Source: Candidatus Helarchaeota archaeon | Lineage (GTDB): Archaea; Asgardarchaeota; Lokiarchaeia; Helarchaeales; RDOG01 | Direction: 5' to 3' | DNA: 64,000 nucleotides | Assembly (NCBI GenBank): GCA_019058315.1 | Contig: JAHPZH010000001.1 | Coordinates: 567,536-631,535 of the forward strand | Translations under genes and position numbers: made by a program | Shown here: in pieces, positions 53,301 through 61,123 of the stretch | How positions within the stretch are numbered: the stretch's first letter is position 1 | Layout: every line of letters begins with the position of its first letter | Notes under the pieces: generated by a model | Databases searched by the model: none | What the model was told of the DNA's origin: nothing | Seen by the model: the letters and a program-made list of their open reading frames with translations, nothing else

Positions 53301-55123
53301 TTGGTTATATGACTATTTGGGGGACAGGGGCTATCTCAATAGATAATAGCACAATTAATGACATATATACAGCTCAATCTTTAACTTCCTCACCAGTTGG
53401 CAATATTTTAATTACGAACTCAACTATCTCATGGGCATCTATTTCTGGGGAATTTATAGCGACCTTTATAAATTGTATAATTAATTCTTTGGTAGAAGGC
53501 ATTGTTGTTTATGATGGTACTGTTATAATAGATTCAACTGGGATAAGTGGGTCAGGAAGTTATACAAATTATACTCAAATCATTTCAAGTACAGTTTTTT
53601 CAAGGTCTTTAATGTTGATCGAAGTAAATAATACTGCTAATGTAATTATTAATGAAGGTTGGTATGGTAATATATATTTAATGCATGATGCAAGTGCCAC
53701 TCTAACTAATGCAAACATAGCAGGAATAGCTTTGTTCAATAATTCCAATGCTTTCATCCATAATTCTACTATAAACGGAACTTTGTTTGGGTTAATGAGT
53801 CTTGGGAGTTCTTATTTTTCAATTGATCAAAATTCCACTTTAAGTATGATGTTTTGTACGGCATCAAGTAATGGGACAATGACTAACTCTACGGTTCTTT
53901 CAAGATTAATCTTAGCCAATTCCGCAACATTGACCATTCTAAAATCTACAATCTTGGGAGTCGCTAAAATTATGGGGTCAAATTCAATTGATTATTCTCT
54001 TAAAATGTATAATTCATCAATTGATGTACTTGAGGGAATTATCTGGGATTATTTATTATTTTATGTAACTATTAAACCTTCAATAATATTAAATAGTCCA
54101 CAAAATCAAACTGTAATAAAAAAACCAGCATATATTGATCTTAAGATTTCAGATGATGATCTAGACCCCTCGACTGTGGAATGGATAGCAAACGTAACAC
54201 AACTTACTTGGACGAATTCTTTTATTGGGTCTTATGATATTGATCTATCTAGTTTTGCCAGTGACCAGACGGTGCAATTCTGGGTTAGAGCGAATGATAC
54301 TTTAGATAATCAGAATCTAATAACTTTTATTTTGACTTTTGATGATATTCCTCCAACTAAACCATCGAATCTAACAGCAATTATTCAAAAAGGCAATATT
54401 ACTATCTCTTGGAATTCATCTTCAGATTTTAATGCTATTTATTATCATATTTGGAGACATAGTAAAAGAGTTAGTAAATATTTAGGAAATACTACATCCA
54501 ATTTTTATATAGATCTCGAGAGTTTAAAACCAGGAAAATATACTTACGAGATAATTCCATTTGATGAAGCAAATAATACAGGAGAATCTATAAACATTAC
54601 TGTAAAAATACGAGGAAGAGATATATATTATCCATTTTTAGAACCCCCTAAAGATAATATAACCTTTATTATTTTCGTGATTATAGGATCTATAGCTGTA
54701 ACCACAAGCGTAGCAATTGTATATAGGAAATACAAAGGTTCAGAAAAAAAGCCTAAAAAAATAGGTAAGGAGACAGGACCAAAACGGAAAAAAAGAAAGA
54801 AATGGAAAGGTAAAATGGCTTTCAAAGTGGATTATATTGGAATCAGTGATCTTTCTGTAGAACTAAAGCTTAGAAATCTCACTAAATCCCCAATTCCTCT
54901 AGATTCCATTGAAGATGAAAATATTAGGGAATTTTATAGTCAAGAATTCAACATTTTATCTGTAGATGAAATAAATAGAATTTTAAAAATGCAAATTCCA
55001 GATATTTCTGATAAAATAGAAATATTGGATGAATTAGCTCGTTTATCTCCAGAAGAACGAAAAGATTTGATTGAATCTCTTGAAAAACTTAATCGATCAA
55101 GACTTAATAGTGAATTTCAATAA
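47330..55123 (+). CDS. Giant (2597 aa) modular surface protein: two 7-repeat propellers, ConA-like domain, WD40/PQQ-like propeller, Ig-like units, beta-helix-like region, FN3, TM, cytoplasmic helical tail
   Basis: Signal peptide; 14 copies of VSTES...AVD..GNVHV.W.D..DYGGSGTD.DIFYK; SVAIS.DG.YI repeats; TM near C-terminus. Confidence 0.85.
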   Translation: MKKDKFVNLILAYFLIIFIFLPVIHSPSSNFLPLWSKITITNEIPKHKLELETSALGWPMTEVVSTESTGNSYHPSIAVDGTGNVHVAWEDWTDYGGSGTDNDIFYKCWNATTGTWKTIEVVSTESMGDSYSPTIAADGFGNVHVAWYDLSDYGGSGTDWDIFYKRWNATTGTWSGFINTTDVISTESTDLSRKPSLAVDSSGNVHVAWEDCTDYGGSGTDNDIFYKCWNTSTSSWTTTVLISTESTGNSYNPSIAVDGSENVHVAWYDLTDYGGSGTDKDIFYKRWNATGIWSGFINTTDIVSTESSNDSWLLAIAVDGSGNVYVAWCDLTDYGGSGTDPDIFYKCWNTTTGIWNTTEVVSTESTGISFHPTIAVDGSGNVHVAWMDYTDYEGAGTDRDIFYKRRNAITGIWSGYVNASDVVSTESTGQFYNSSPTIAVDTTGNVHVAWDDSTNYGGSGTDHDIFYKHQINIANNYSDDFNSGTLDPKWIWHDGGEGESWNLTVNPGNLRIISTSKINAWWGNNGDNIIYMPYIYQNFSNIQYFEIITKVNPPDGNGKGNGIVLYEDDNNYIVLNNYRDSVGNILYAQYRSVGDPLTNIGVIRTTVNYFKLMRIGNLISYQYSNDGSSWNILANYTHNYNFIRMGIFCSSVGGGIFNSDFDFFNFTELAPSMPPPDPNTKTPLWKYDTGSSIYSVAITPNGQYIAVGTGNSLHFWDINSSTPLWSYYVGDVVQAVDMSEDGNYIVAGTGVLDQPGNVVLWQRSSSTPIWNYTGSGNFGSIAISADGNYIVAGDRLSNNLHLWHRDNSTPLWSFNPGSGNWESVAISSDGYYIVASDGFYHDYVYYFDRTSSTPMWNYQCGSDVWSVDISKDGQYYAAGSKDHKIYFWQNNSDTPVWDYSTSGEVFSVSISNDGSHIAAGSVDNNLYYFKTDNSTPQWSYTTGDDICSERTVSISGDGEYIAAGTKDSKIYFFYRNDSTPIWNFTTITGSIGAIDLSDTGQYLVAGGQDHYVYVFSQDNEMPPTSNHPLDIITTVSGTETINWTLYDDSGPGQYRIWVNDTNNNYYIWIDWTPWINNTNLIVPINRSTVGVFNYTIEYNNSNGTFGIPDIVIVKIEISVFNWTMTEVISTESTEDSSQPAIAVDNLGNVHVVWNDWTDYGGSDMDCDVFYKRWNAITSNWTLTEVVSTESTLDVWNLSIVADSSGNLHVVWSDWTDYGGSGTDNDIFYKFWNATSGTWSGYINATDVVSTESTGSSRDPAIAVDGSGNVHVVWTEWSNGDIFYKFWNSTSKTWNGNINATDVVSTEGTGQSWYPSIDVDGSGNVHVVWEDSSDYGDSGTDDDIFYKFWNVTSRIWSGNINTTDIVSTESTGGSWYPSIAVDSSGNVHVVWSDWTDYGGAGLKNDIFYKFWNVTSGTWGGNFNATDVVSTESTESSYSPSIFVDSFNNLHVVWEDHTDYGMSGTDNDIFYKLRNAPSGIWSGTVNITDIISTESTGSSWNPSIVVDGSGNIHVTWDDMTNYNGSGIDRDIFYKKKTITELPSPPTSNHPADIITPLSGTDTINWTLYDDFGPGQYRVWVNDTNNNYYIWVDWTIWTNNTNLAIPINRTAIGVFNYTIEYNNSIGLFGIPDTVLVFINLPAQSNSIIYGLNSSIGYNYHAIRIDLGDIIVENTLNLTPGKLNGTPVINSTILENSNVIYESFLDNINLFGNAKLTMRNIFETGLNIYLFNNSELILENCTLNSITACDTSKVWIKNTTINYIYDYINWSFPIIFDPSPDSSTIYVLQKSTISQVHLSGGSNFVVENSTIDWMTMQSLANIISGISRISLQATITNSTLNYLRLYRDSKATVFSSQLITAYVYDIAKLSLVASTITNLYYGIICNSGFTSIVDGVPSGGYINNTQLIGTSPSGSFELISVAVTGSASAYIEGWLTTTSFDLYLYDSSLAQLNYTFDANLICSYNNSQLDIENSIITTIMAYLNSSVTIQKNCSIGYMTIWGTGAISIDNSTINDIYTAQSLTSSPVGNILITNSTISWASISGEFIATFINCIINSLVEGIVVYDGTVIIDSTGISGSGSYTNYTQIISSTVFSRSLMLIEVNNTANVIINEGWYGNIYLMHDASATLTNANIAGIALFNNSNAFIHNSTINGTLFGLMSLGSSYFSIDQNSTLSMMFCTASSNGTMTNSTVLSRLILANSATLTILKSTILGVAKIMGSNSIDYSLKMYNSSIDVLEGIIWDYLLFYVTIKPSIILNSPQNQTVIKKPAYIDLKISDDDLDPSTVEWIANVTQLTWTNSFIGSYDIDLSSFASDQTVQFWVRANDTLDNQNLITFILTFDDIPPTKPSNLTAIIQKGNITISWNSSSDFNAIYYHIWRHSKRVSKYLGNTTSNFYIDLESLKPGKYTYEIIPFDEANNTGESINITVKIRGRDIYYPFLEPPKDNITFIIFVIIGSIAVTTSVAIVYRKYKGSEKKPKKIGKETGPKRKKRKKWKGKMAFKVDYIGISDLSVELKLRNLTKSPIPLDSIEDENIREFYSQEFNILSVDEINRILKMQIPDISDKIEILDELARLSPEERKDLIESLEKLNRSRLNSEFQ
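47500..48735 (+). repeat. Seven intragenic coding repeats of about 175-195 bp (propeller 1)
   Basis: Recurrent TCCACGGAGAG...GGGAACGTGCACGTGGCGTGG...GATATATTCTATAAG; boundaries approximate. Confidence 0.85.
50690..51925 (+). repeat. Seven intragenic coding repeats (propeller 2)
   Basis: Same repeat family as 47500-48735; boundaries approximate. Confidence 0.85.
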
Positions 55124-55130
55124 TTAAGAA

Positions 55131-55189
55131 TGGTGGATAGGGGAGGATTCGAACCTCCAACCGCTCGGTTAACAGCCGAGTCCTATACC
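55131..55189 (-). repeat. Duplicated 3' part of tRNA-Asn (att-like direct repeat)
   Basis: 59 bp matching 59969-60027 with 2 mismatches; lacks the tRNA 5' end. Confidence 0.92.
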
Positions 55190-55209
55190 CAAAAGGATTT
55201 GTTGTTTAA

Positions 55210-58200
55210 ATGATTAGATGGAAATTCCAAAGGAGAAAAAACTCTATGAATAGAAATAAACTCTCATATTTTGGTAAAATTCAATTTTTTATAATTTTAA
55301 TATTTATTCTTTCTATGTTTTCATCCATATCTTATCTTTGGTCGCCTTGGAGCTATAAAATGAACCCAAGATCTCATATTGGTGATCAGGTGTTATTTAA
55401 ATCCGATTATTATGGCTATGGTAACGAAATAATAATGATTGAGGATCCTGATGCAGACGTTACTCCTGGTCCTTTTAATGATATAATCATAGTTTTTATA
55501 AATAGCAGTTCCGATCCAGCTGGATTATTCGTAACTGGCGATGAATTCGATCCTGGAGTATTTGTTGTCACGATTGGATTCACTGATGGTCCTACCGTTG
55601 GAACATTTCTCCATGTTGAAGATGGTGATTTAATTATGGTCATATATAAAGGAGAGGTGTATGCATCTGATATTTGGCATAAAACATACACAGCTATAAT
55701 CCCAAAACCCCCAATGGAAGATGAATATCATGGTTTATCTTCTTATCATGTATTAAAAATTCTGGATCCAGACATGGACATTACAAACATTACAGAAACT
55801 TTTATCCCTGATAATTTAACCGCTAAAATTGATAGCACAAGCGATCCAATTGGAATTACAGCAACATTCATTGAACTTTTCCCAACTGATGGGGAATTTT
55901 ACTTTGTATTTTCATTCACTAATGGATCTACTTATGATGATTATCTCCACGTAGAAGATGGAGATACGATTAGTTTAACATATTACGATGAACATAATTA
56001 TCAAGGAGATAGTGTTTATCTCGAAGCAAATGCCACTTGGCACAAAACTTATACCGGAACAATTAATGTAAGTGTAACTGGGTCTGTATCTGCGGGTTTA
56101 GATGCTGTTGCTGAAGTAACAATTAATGATAAAGATTTAGATATAAATCCTCTAGTTCTTGATAATTATTCTTTGCCATTTAGTCCCCTCGAGGTCCATA
56201 CTCAAGGAAATAGTTCCAATCTAATTAAAATCCCTCTAAATGAAACTGGACCATCAACTGGGATATTCAAAGGAGTTTTTAATTTAACATTAGGTCCGAC
56301 AAATCAAGATATTCCTTCCCTTCACGTATATGATGGTGCAATTATAATATATACGTATTATGATGCACGAGATATGTATGGTGATTCGGTAAATTTATCT
56401 AAACAAGAACAATTCTTTTTACATCAAAATGGTGTTTTCATAATCGATGATCTTGAATATTTTGGAGATCCAGTTACTGTAAATGTAACAATTAAAGATA
56501 AAGATTTAAACCAACTTCCGACTGTTCAAGAAACTGCAACAATTAATGCATCAAGTAGTCCTTCGGATCTAATTAGTATTACTATCTACGAAAATGGTAC
56601 AAATAGTGATAAATTCATAGGTCAATTTGACATAGGCTCCCTTGTTACATCCGATCCTGATGACTATTTACATGCAAATACAGGAGAAAATATAACAATT
56701 ATATATTTTGATGAAAAAGATATAAATGGTACATCCCAAACGAGAATTGTTAACATAACTTGGTATGAATTTCCAGAGCCCCCATCAATAAAAGTGGTAG
56801 GACTAGTAAATAATTCCATAATCTGGTCTGGGACTCTACTTAATTTCAATGTCTCTGATAATTGGTTAATAGATTCTATTTGGTATAGAGTTAATTTTGG
56901 TCCTAATATTACAATTGATACTTCTATTGGTGTTCATAATTTTTCATTCGTAATAAATGCTACAATAGAAGATCCCTACTGGATTTATGGTTTAAATTAT
57001 ATTGACATTTTTGCTAATGACTCTTTAGGTTTCGAAACTATGAGTAGATTTATACTTACTCTTGATGACACTCTTATTAGAATTAGACCACTTAATCAAA
57101 CAAATATTGTGCCAGATGCAGACGGTAATATCCTTATTGAATGGAACTCTTCGCCAGCTTGGAATCCTATTAGCTTTGATATTTACCGCAGTACCACCCT
57201 TGGATTTACCCCCAATGCAACAAACCAAATAGCACAGGGAATAAGTGATATATACTATTTAGATAATGGAACTGTTGATGGTCTTCATTATTATACAATT
57301 ATCGGTTTTAATGGGACTAATAACTCAACTTATTGGGAATATAGTTCGATATTGATTATCGATATAACTCCACCTAGTTGGGTTTTACCTCCAACTTTTA
57401 CCAGTACTCCAGTTGGTACAGAAAACGCTCGACTTGCCTGGACTAACTCGTTTGACTCTTATGATATAGCTGGATTTTCAATCTATCGAGCTAATGTTGA
57501 TAATTTTACCCAAAGTGTGCGGATTGCCAACCTGACCGAATTAACTTATCTGGACACTAGTTTAAATGCGACAATTTATTATTATTGGATAACAGCATAT
57601 GATGAGAAAGGACAAGAAAGCGGACCATCATTTTCTAGAAGTGTTATCCTACCTGGATTTGACGACGGGGATATCAGTTGTAATAAAGGAGAATACTTTG
57701 GTGATGGGGTCATCGTCTATGTGAATATTACTGATTTGGATTTAAATCAAAACGATTTAACCATTCAGAACGTCACAGTAACTGCAAATACCTCAACATA
57801 TTCAATTAATTTTACCTGTCTAGAATTAGGTCCTAATAGTGATACTTTTGTAGGTAATTTTTCGTTAGTAACTACTGGTACTAATGATTCAACAGATGAG
57901 TTGAACATTACACCTGGAAGTACTATCACAATTTTTTATTTAGATGAAAAGAATAGCGCTGGGTATCCAATATATAGATCTGTTACGATATTTTGGATCG
58001 ACGATCCCCAACCCCCAATTATAGAATTGGACGCCCCTGCAAATAGTTCTATTGTTTGGAGTTGGGATACACTTTATTTCACTGTAAGAGATAATGTACG
58101 GGTAGATTCTGTTTGGTATAGAGTTAATGATGGTATTAATGTAACAGTTGCTACTGATATACAATTCGATGAATATTCATTTGGAATCCTTGTTAATTTA

Positions 58201-59937
58201 TCAGCTCCCGATTGGATTTATGGTTTTAATTATATTGATATTTTTGCTAATGACACTATGGGTATGGAAAATACTAGTAGATTTTCATTTATTATTGATG
58301 ATACCCTTATTAGAATTAGACCGCTTAATTTAACAAATATTGAGCCAGATGCAGACGGTAATATCCTCATTGAATGGAACTCTTCGCCAGCTTGGAATCC
58401 TATTAGCTTTGATATTTACCGCAGTACAATCCCTGGATTCATTCCCAATGCAACAAACCGAATAGCACAAGCGATACCTTGGTCAACTAATTATTATATA
58501 GATAATGGAACTGACGATGGTCTTCACTATTATACAATTATTGGATTTAATGGGACTCATAATTCAACTTGCTGGGAATATGGTTCAATATTAGTTAACG
58601 ATATTACTCCACCGATTCCACCCCAAGATATTAATGCTACTCCAGTTGGTACAAGTGGTGTTCGTCTCATCTGGACTGCCCCGCCAGCCTATTATGATGT
58701 GGTTGGATATTCAATCTACCGAGCTACTATAGATGATTTTGCCCAAAGTGTGTGGATTGCCAACGTGACCGAATTGACACATTTAGACACAGGTTTAAGT
58801 AGTGGACTTTATTTTTATTGGATAACAGCATATGACGAGAAAGGACAAGAAAGCGGACCATCATCACCGGAATTTGTTATATTACCTGGACCAGAAGATG
58901 GTCATATTGAAACTGATAGAGCAGGGTACTTTGGGGAAAATGTTACCGTTTATGTAACCATTACAGATCTAGACTTAAACCAAGATGATTTATCAGTTCA
59001 GGATGTTACTATAAACGTTTCAACTGGTTTTGAATTAATTTATGTAAATCTTTTTGAGTCCGGTTGTAATAATAATACTTTTTTTGGGAATTTTACCTTA
59101 GTTACTTACATTACAAACGATACTCTTGATTACATAAATGTTACTGACGGAGCTATTATTACCATTTCATATCTTGATGAAACGAACAGCCTTGATATTC
59201 CTGAATTATTTCATATTAATATTACTTGGAACTTGATCTCCCAAGCCCCAATAATAAATCTGATAAGCCCGGAGAATGAAACCACAGTTCAAAAACCTAA
59301 CTTAATTGATTTGAATATTTATGATCCAAACTTGGATCTTTCCACTGTGGAATGGAGGGCAAACACAACACAGCTTACTTGGACAAATTCGTTTATTGGG
59401 TCCTATGATATTGATCTATCGAGTTTTGCTAGTGACCAAACTGTGCAATTTTGGGTTAGAGCGAATGATACTGCAGATAATCAGAATTTAATAACTTTTG
59501 TTTTAACTTTTGATGATATTCCTCCAACCAAACCATCGAATATGACAGCAGTAATTCAAAAAGGTAATATTACAATCTCATGGAATACATCTTCAGATGT
59601 TCATATAGTTTATTATCATATTTGGCGACATAGTAAAAAAGAAAGTAAATATTTAGGAAATATCACATCCACTTTTTATACAGATCTCGAGAGTTTAAAA
59701 CCGGGAAAATATACTTATGAAATAATTCCATTTGATGAAGCAAATAATACAGGAGAATCTATAACCATTACTGTAAAAATCAGAGGAAAAGAAACTTATT
59801 ATCCATTCTTGGAACCACTTGATAATCAAGTGACTATTATAATAATAGCAATTTTAGGATCGATAGCTATGGTGATAGGTATTGCTGTATTATTAATGAG
59901 AAAAAAATTTATTTCAGCAAAAAACCATAGTAAATAA
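55210..59937 (+). CDS. Large (about 1575 aa) surface protein with Ig/FN3-like repeats, C-terminal TM, no cytoplasmic domain
   Basis: Signal segment, repeated D.DLN...ETGP..F.G units, duplicated FN3 block, TM followed by a short basic tail. Confidence 0.85.
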   Translation: MIRWKFQRRKNSMNRNKLSYFGKIQFFIILIFILSMFSSISYLWSPWSYKMNPRSHIGDQVLFKSDYYGYGNEIIMIEDPDADVTPGPFNDIIIVFINSSSDPAGLFVTGDEFDPGVFVVTIGFTDGPTVGTFLHVEDGDLIMVIYKGEVYASDIWHKTYTAIIPKPPMEDEYHGLSSYHVLKILDPDMDITNITETFIPDNLTAKIDSTSDPIGITATFIELFPTDGEFYFVFSFTNGSTYDDYLHVEDGDTISLTYYDEHNYQGDSVYLEANATWHKTYTGTINVSVTGSVSAGLDAVAEVTINDKDLDINPLVLDNYSLPFSPLEVHTQGNSSNLIKIPLNETGPSTGIFKGVFNLTLGPTNQDIPSLHVYDGAIIIYTYYDARDMYGDSVNLSKQEQFFLHQNGVFIIDDLEYFGDPVTVNVTIKDKDLNQLPTVQETATINASSSPSDLISITIYENGTNSDKFIGQFDIGSLVTSDPDDYLHANTGENITIIYFDEKDINGTSQTRIVNITWYEFPEPPSIKVVGLVNNSIIWSGTLLNFNVSDNWLIDSIWYRVNFGPNITIDTSIGVHNFSFVINATIEDPYWIYGLNYIDIFANDSLGFETMSRFILTLDDTLIRIRPLNQTNIVPDADGNILIEWNSSPAWNPISFDIYRSTTLGFTPNATNQIAQGISDIYYLDNGTVDGLHYYTIIGFNGTNNSTYWEYSSILIIDITPPSWVLPPTFTSTPVGTENARLAWTNSFDSYDIAGFSIYRANVDNFTQSVRIANLTELTYLDTSLNATIYYYWITAYDEKGQESGPSFSRSVILPGFDDGDISCNKGEYFGDGVIVYVNITDLDLNQNDLTIQNVTVTANTSTYSINFTCLELGPNSDTFVGNFSLVTTGTNDSTDELNITPGSTITIFYLDEKNSAGYPIYRSVTIFWIDDPQPPIIELDAPANSSIVWSWDTLYFTVRDNVRVDSVWYRVNDGINVTVATDIQFDEYSFGILVNLSAPDWIYGFNYIDIFANDTMGMENTSRFSFIIDDTLIRIRPLNLTNIEPDADGNILIEWNSSPAWNPISFDIYRSTIPGFIPNATNRIAQAIPWSTNYYIDNGTDDGLHYYTIIGFNGTHNSTCWEYGSILVNDITPPIPPQDINATPVGTSGVRLIWTAPPAYYDVVGYSIYRATIDDFAQSVWIANVTELTHLDTGLSSGLYFYWITAYDEKGQESGPSSPEFVILPGPEDGHIETDRAGYFGENVTVYVTITDLDLNQDDLSVQDVTINVSTGFELIYVNLFESGCNNNTFFGNFTLVTYITNDTLDYINVTDGAIITISYLDETNSLDIPELFHINITWNLISQAPIINLISPENETTVQKPNLIDLNIYDPNLDLSTVEWRANTTQLTWTNSFIGSYDIDLSSFASDQTVQFWVRANDTADNQNLITFVLTFDDIPPTKPSNMTAVIQKGNITISWNTSSDVHIVYYHIWRHSKKESKYLGNITSTFYTDLESLKPGKYTYEIIPFDEANNTGESITITVKIRGKETYYPFLEPLDNQVTIIIIAILGSIAMVIGIAVLLMRKKFISAKNHSK

Positions 59938-59968
59938 GTAAAGCTAATAAAATAACAATAATTTAAAA

Positions 59969-60045
59969 TGGCGGATAGGGGAGGATTCGAACCTCCAACC
60001 GCTCGGTTAACAGCCGAGTGCTATACCTGATTAAGCCACCTACCC
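59969..60045 (-). tRNA. tRNA-Asn(GTT)
   Basis: GGGTAGG/CCTATCC-G-CCA; anticodon arm CTCGG-CTGTTAA-CCGAG; T arm GGTTCGAATCC. Confidence 0.95.
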
Positions 60046-60052
60046 ATTTTAA

Positions 60053-60127
60053 TGGGATGGAGATCGGGAATTGAACCCGAGTCTATTGAGCCACAATCAA
60101 TTATTCTACCATTAAACTATCTCCACC
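60053..60127 (-). tRNA. tRNA-His(GTG) with encoded G-1
   Basis: G-GTGGAGA/TCTCCAT-C-CCA; ATTGA-TTGTGGC-TCAAT. Confidence 0.93.
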
Positions 60128-60133
60128 AAAATT

Positions 60134-60243
60134 TGGTGCGGATGGGGAGATTTGAACTCCCGTTTTTAGATTTCAGCAGTTTTTGGCGTTCTAGTCCAAA
60201 TAATTTGGAAGTCTAAATGTCTAAACCTCTAACGTACATCCGC
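60134..60243 (-). tRNA. tRNA-Gly(TCC), 34-nt intron (60172-60205)
   Basis: GCGGATG/CATCCGC-A-CCA; TTAGA-CTTCCA^A-TCTAA; central BHB helix is imperfect. Confidence 0.85.
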
Positions 60244-60250
60244 AAAAAAA

Positions 60251-60613
60251 TTAGAGAATTAAGGCAGGCACTGTAATAAATTGCACTGGATTTCTCTTGT
60301 TATACTTTCTATGACATTCCCAACACCATGTAATATTGTTTGTTAATGTTTCAACTTTATAAGCTGAACCGTTACACTTTCCAATAATATGGTGTCGTGT
60401 CAAGTAATTGTTTGGGTCTAGTTTATTTTGTTTTACACCGCATTTCTGACAGGTAAATTTATCTCTATTGTAGATAAATAACCGGAGCTTTAGTTGAAAT
60501 CGCCCGCAGTGTGGACATTGAATGTAACCGATAACTTCTTTATTGAATTGTTTGCATTGTTTGTATTCTTTTTTCAGACCTTTTATTGTTTTTTTACAAT
60601 AAATACACTTAAA
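60251..60613 (-). CDS. HNH endonuclease with N-terminal zinc ribbon (absent from the ORF track; start codon disrupted or non-canonical)
   Basis: Manual translation: FKCIYC...CPHCG...NRDKFTCQKCG...LTRHHII...NNITWCWECHRKYN; 120 open codons; GAGGTGA just upstream. Confidence 0.8.
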   Translation of the reverse strand, partial: FKCIYCKKTIKGLKKEYKQCKQFNKEVIGYIQCPHCGRFQLKLRLFIYNRDKFTCQKCGVKQNKLDPNNYLTRHHIIGKCNGSAYKVETLTNNITWCWECHRKYNKRNPVQFITVPALIL

Positions 60614-60641
60614 TCACACATCACCTCTTTTTGTTTGTTGA

Positions 60642-60713
60642 TCCGACTGTGCGGATTTGAACCACAATATCACAGATCTACAGTCTGCTGCCGTACCAGT
60701 TGGCTACAGTCGG
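60642..60713 (-). tRNA. tRNA-Tyr(GTA)
   Basis: CCGACTG/CAGTCGG-A (C1-G72), followed by TCA; GCAGA-CTGTAGA-TCTGT; short variable loop. Confidence 0.92.
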
Positions 60714-60793
60714 TATTTTAATAAAGATGGGTAGGGTCTAATTCAAAAAAAATAAAAGGGATTGATGGTAAGTCTAATTATATTAAGATATTT

Positions 60794-60910
60794 TTAATCA
60801 ACTTCCTTAGACATCGGACTTAATACAACCTCTACGACTTTTTCAACAACTTTCATTTCTTCTGCTTCTTTTTCCGTCAAATATGCATAATAACCCATAT
60901 ATTGTTGCAA
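60794..60910 (-). CDS. Possible 38-aa small protein
   Basis: GGAGGTGA Shine-Dalgarno, then TTG-start ORF MQQYMGYYAYLTEKEAEEMKVVEKVVEVVLSPMSKEVD. Confidence 0.45.
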   Translation of the reverse strand: MQQYMGYYAYLTEKEAEEMKVVEKVVEVVLSPMSKEVD

Positions 60911-60971
60911 AATTCTTCACCTCCAATTTTTTTTTAAGATAATTTCTAGCTTCAATTGGGTTTTGTAAAGT

Positions 60972-61040
60972 TGCACAGACAGGAATCGAACCTGCTTGCA
61001 ACTCGTTGTAAGCGAGTCAACGATCCAACCGTCCCTGTGC
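60972..61040 (-). tRNA. Atypical tRNA-Val(TAC), 69 nt, shortened D arm
   Basis: GCACAGG/TCTGTGC-A; ACTCG-CTTACAA-CGAGT; GCAGG-TTCGATT-CCTGT; no U8, no CCA. Confidence 0.7.
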
Positions 61041-61046
61041 AAATGA

Positions 61047-61121
61047 TGGAATCGGTGGGATTTGAACCCACATAAACTTGATCTTCAGTCAAGCGGACTC
61101 GCCGGATTATCCTACGATTCC
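61047..61121 (-). tRNA. tRNA-Phe(GAA)
   Basis: GGAATCG/CGATTCC-A followed by TCA; CTTGA-CTGAAGA-TCAAG. Confidence 0.92.
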
Positions 61122-61123
61122 AA

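Noticed and set aside
4978-58333. Numerous short antisense or alternate-frame ORFs nested in long genes (e.g. 5250, 8053, 9121, 38142, 49566, 50904)
   Set aside because: Fully overlapped by well-supported CDSs and lacking motifs
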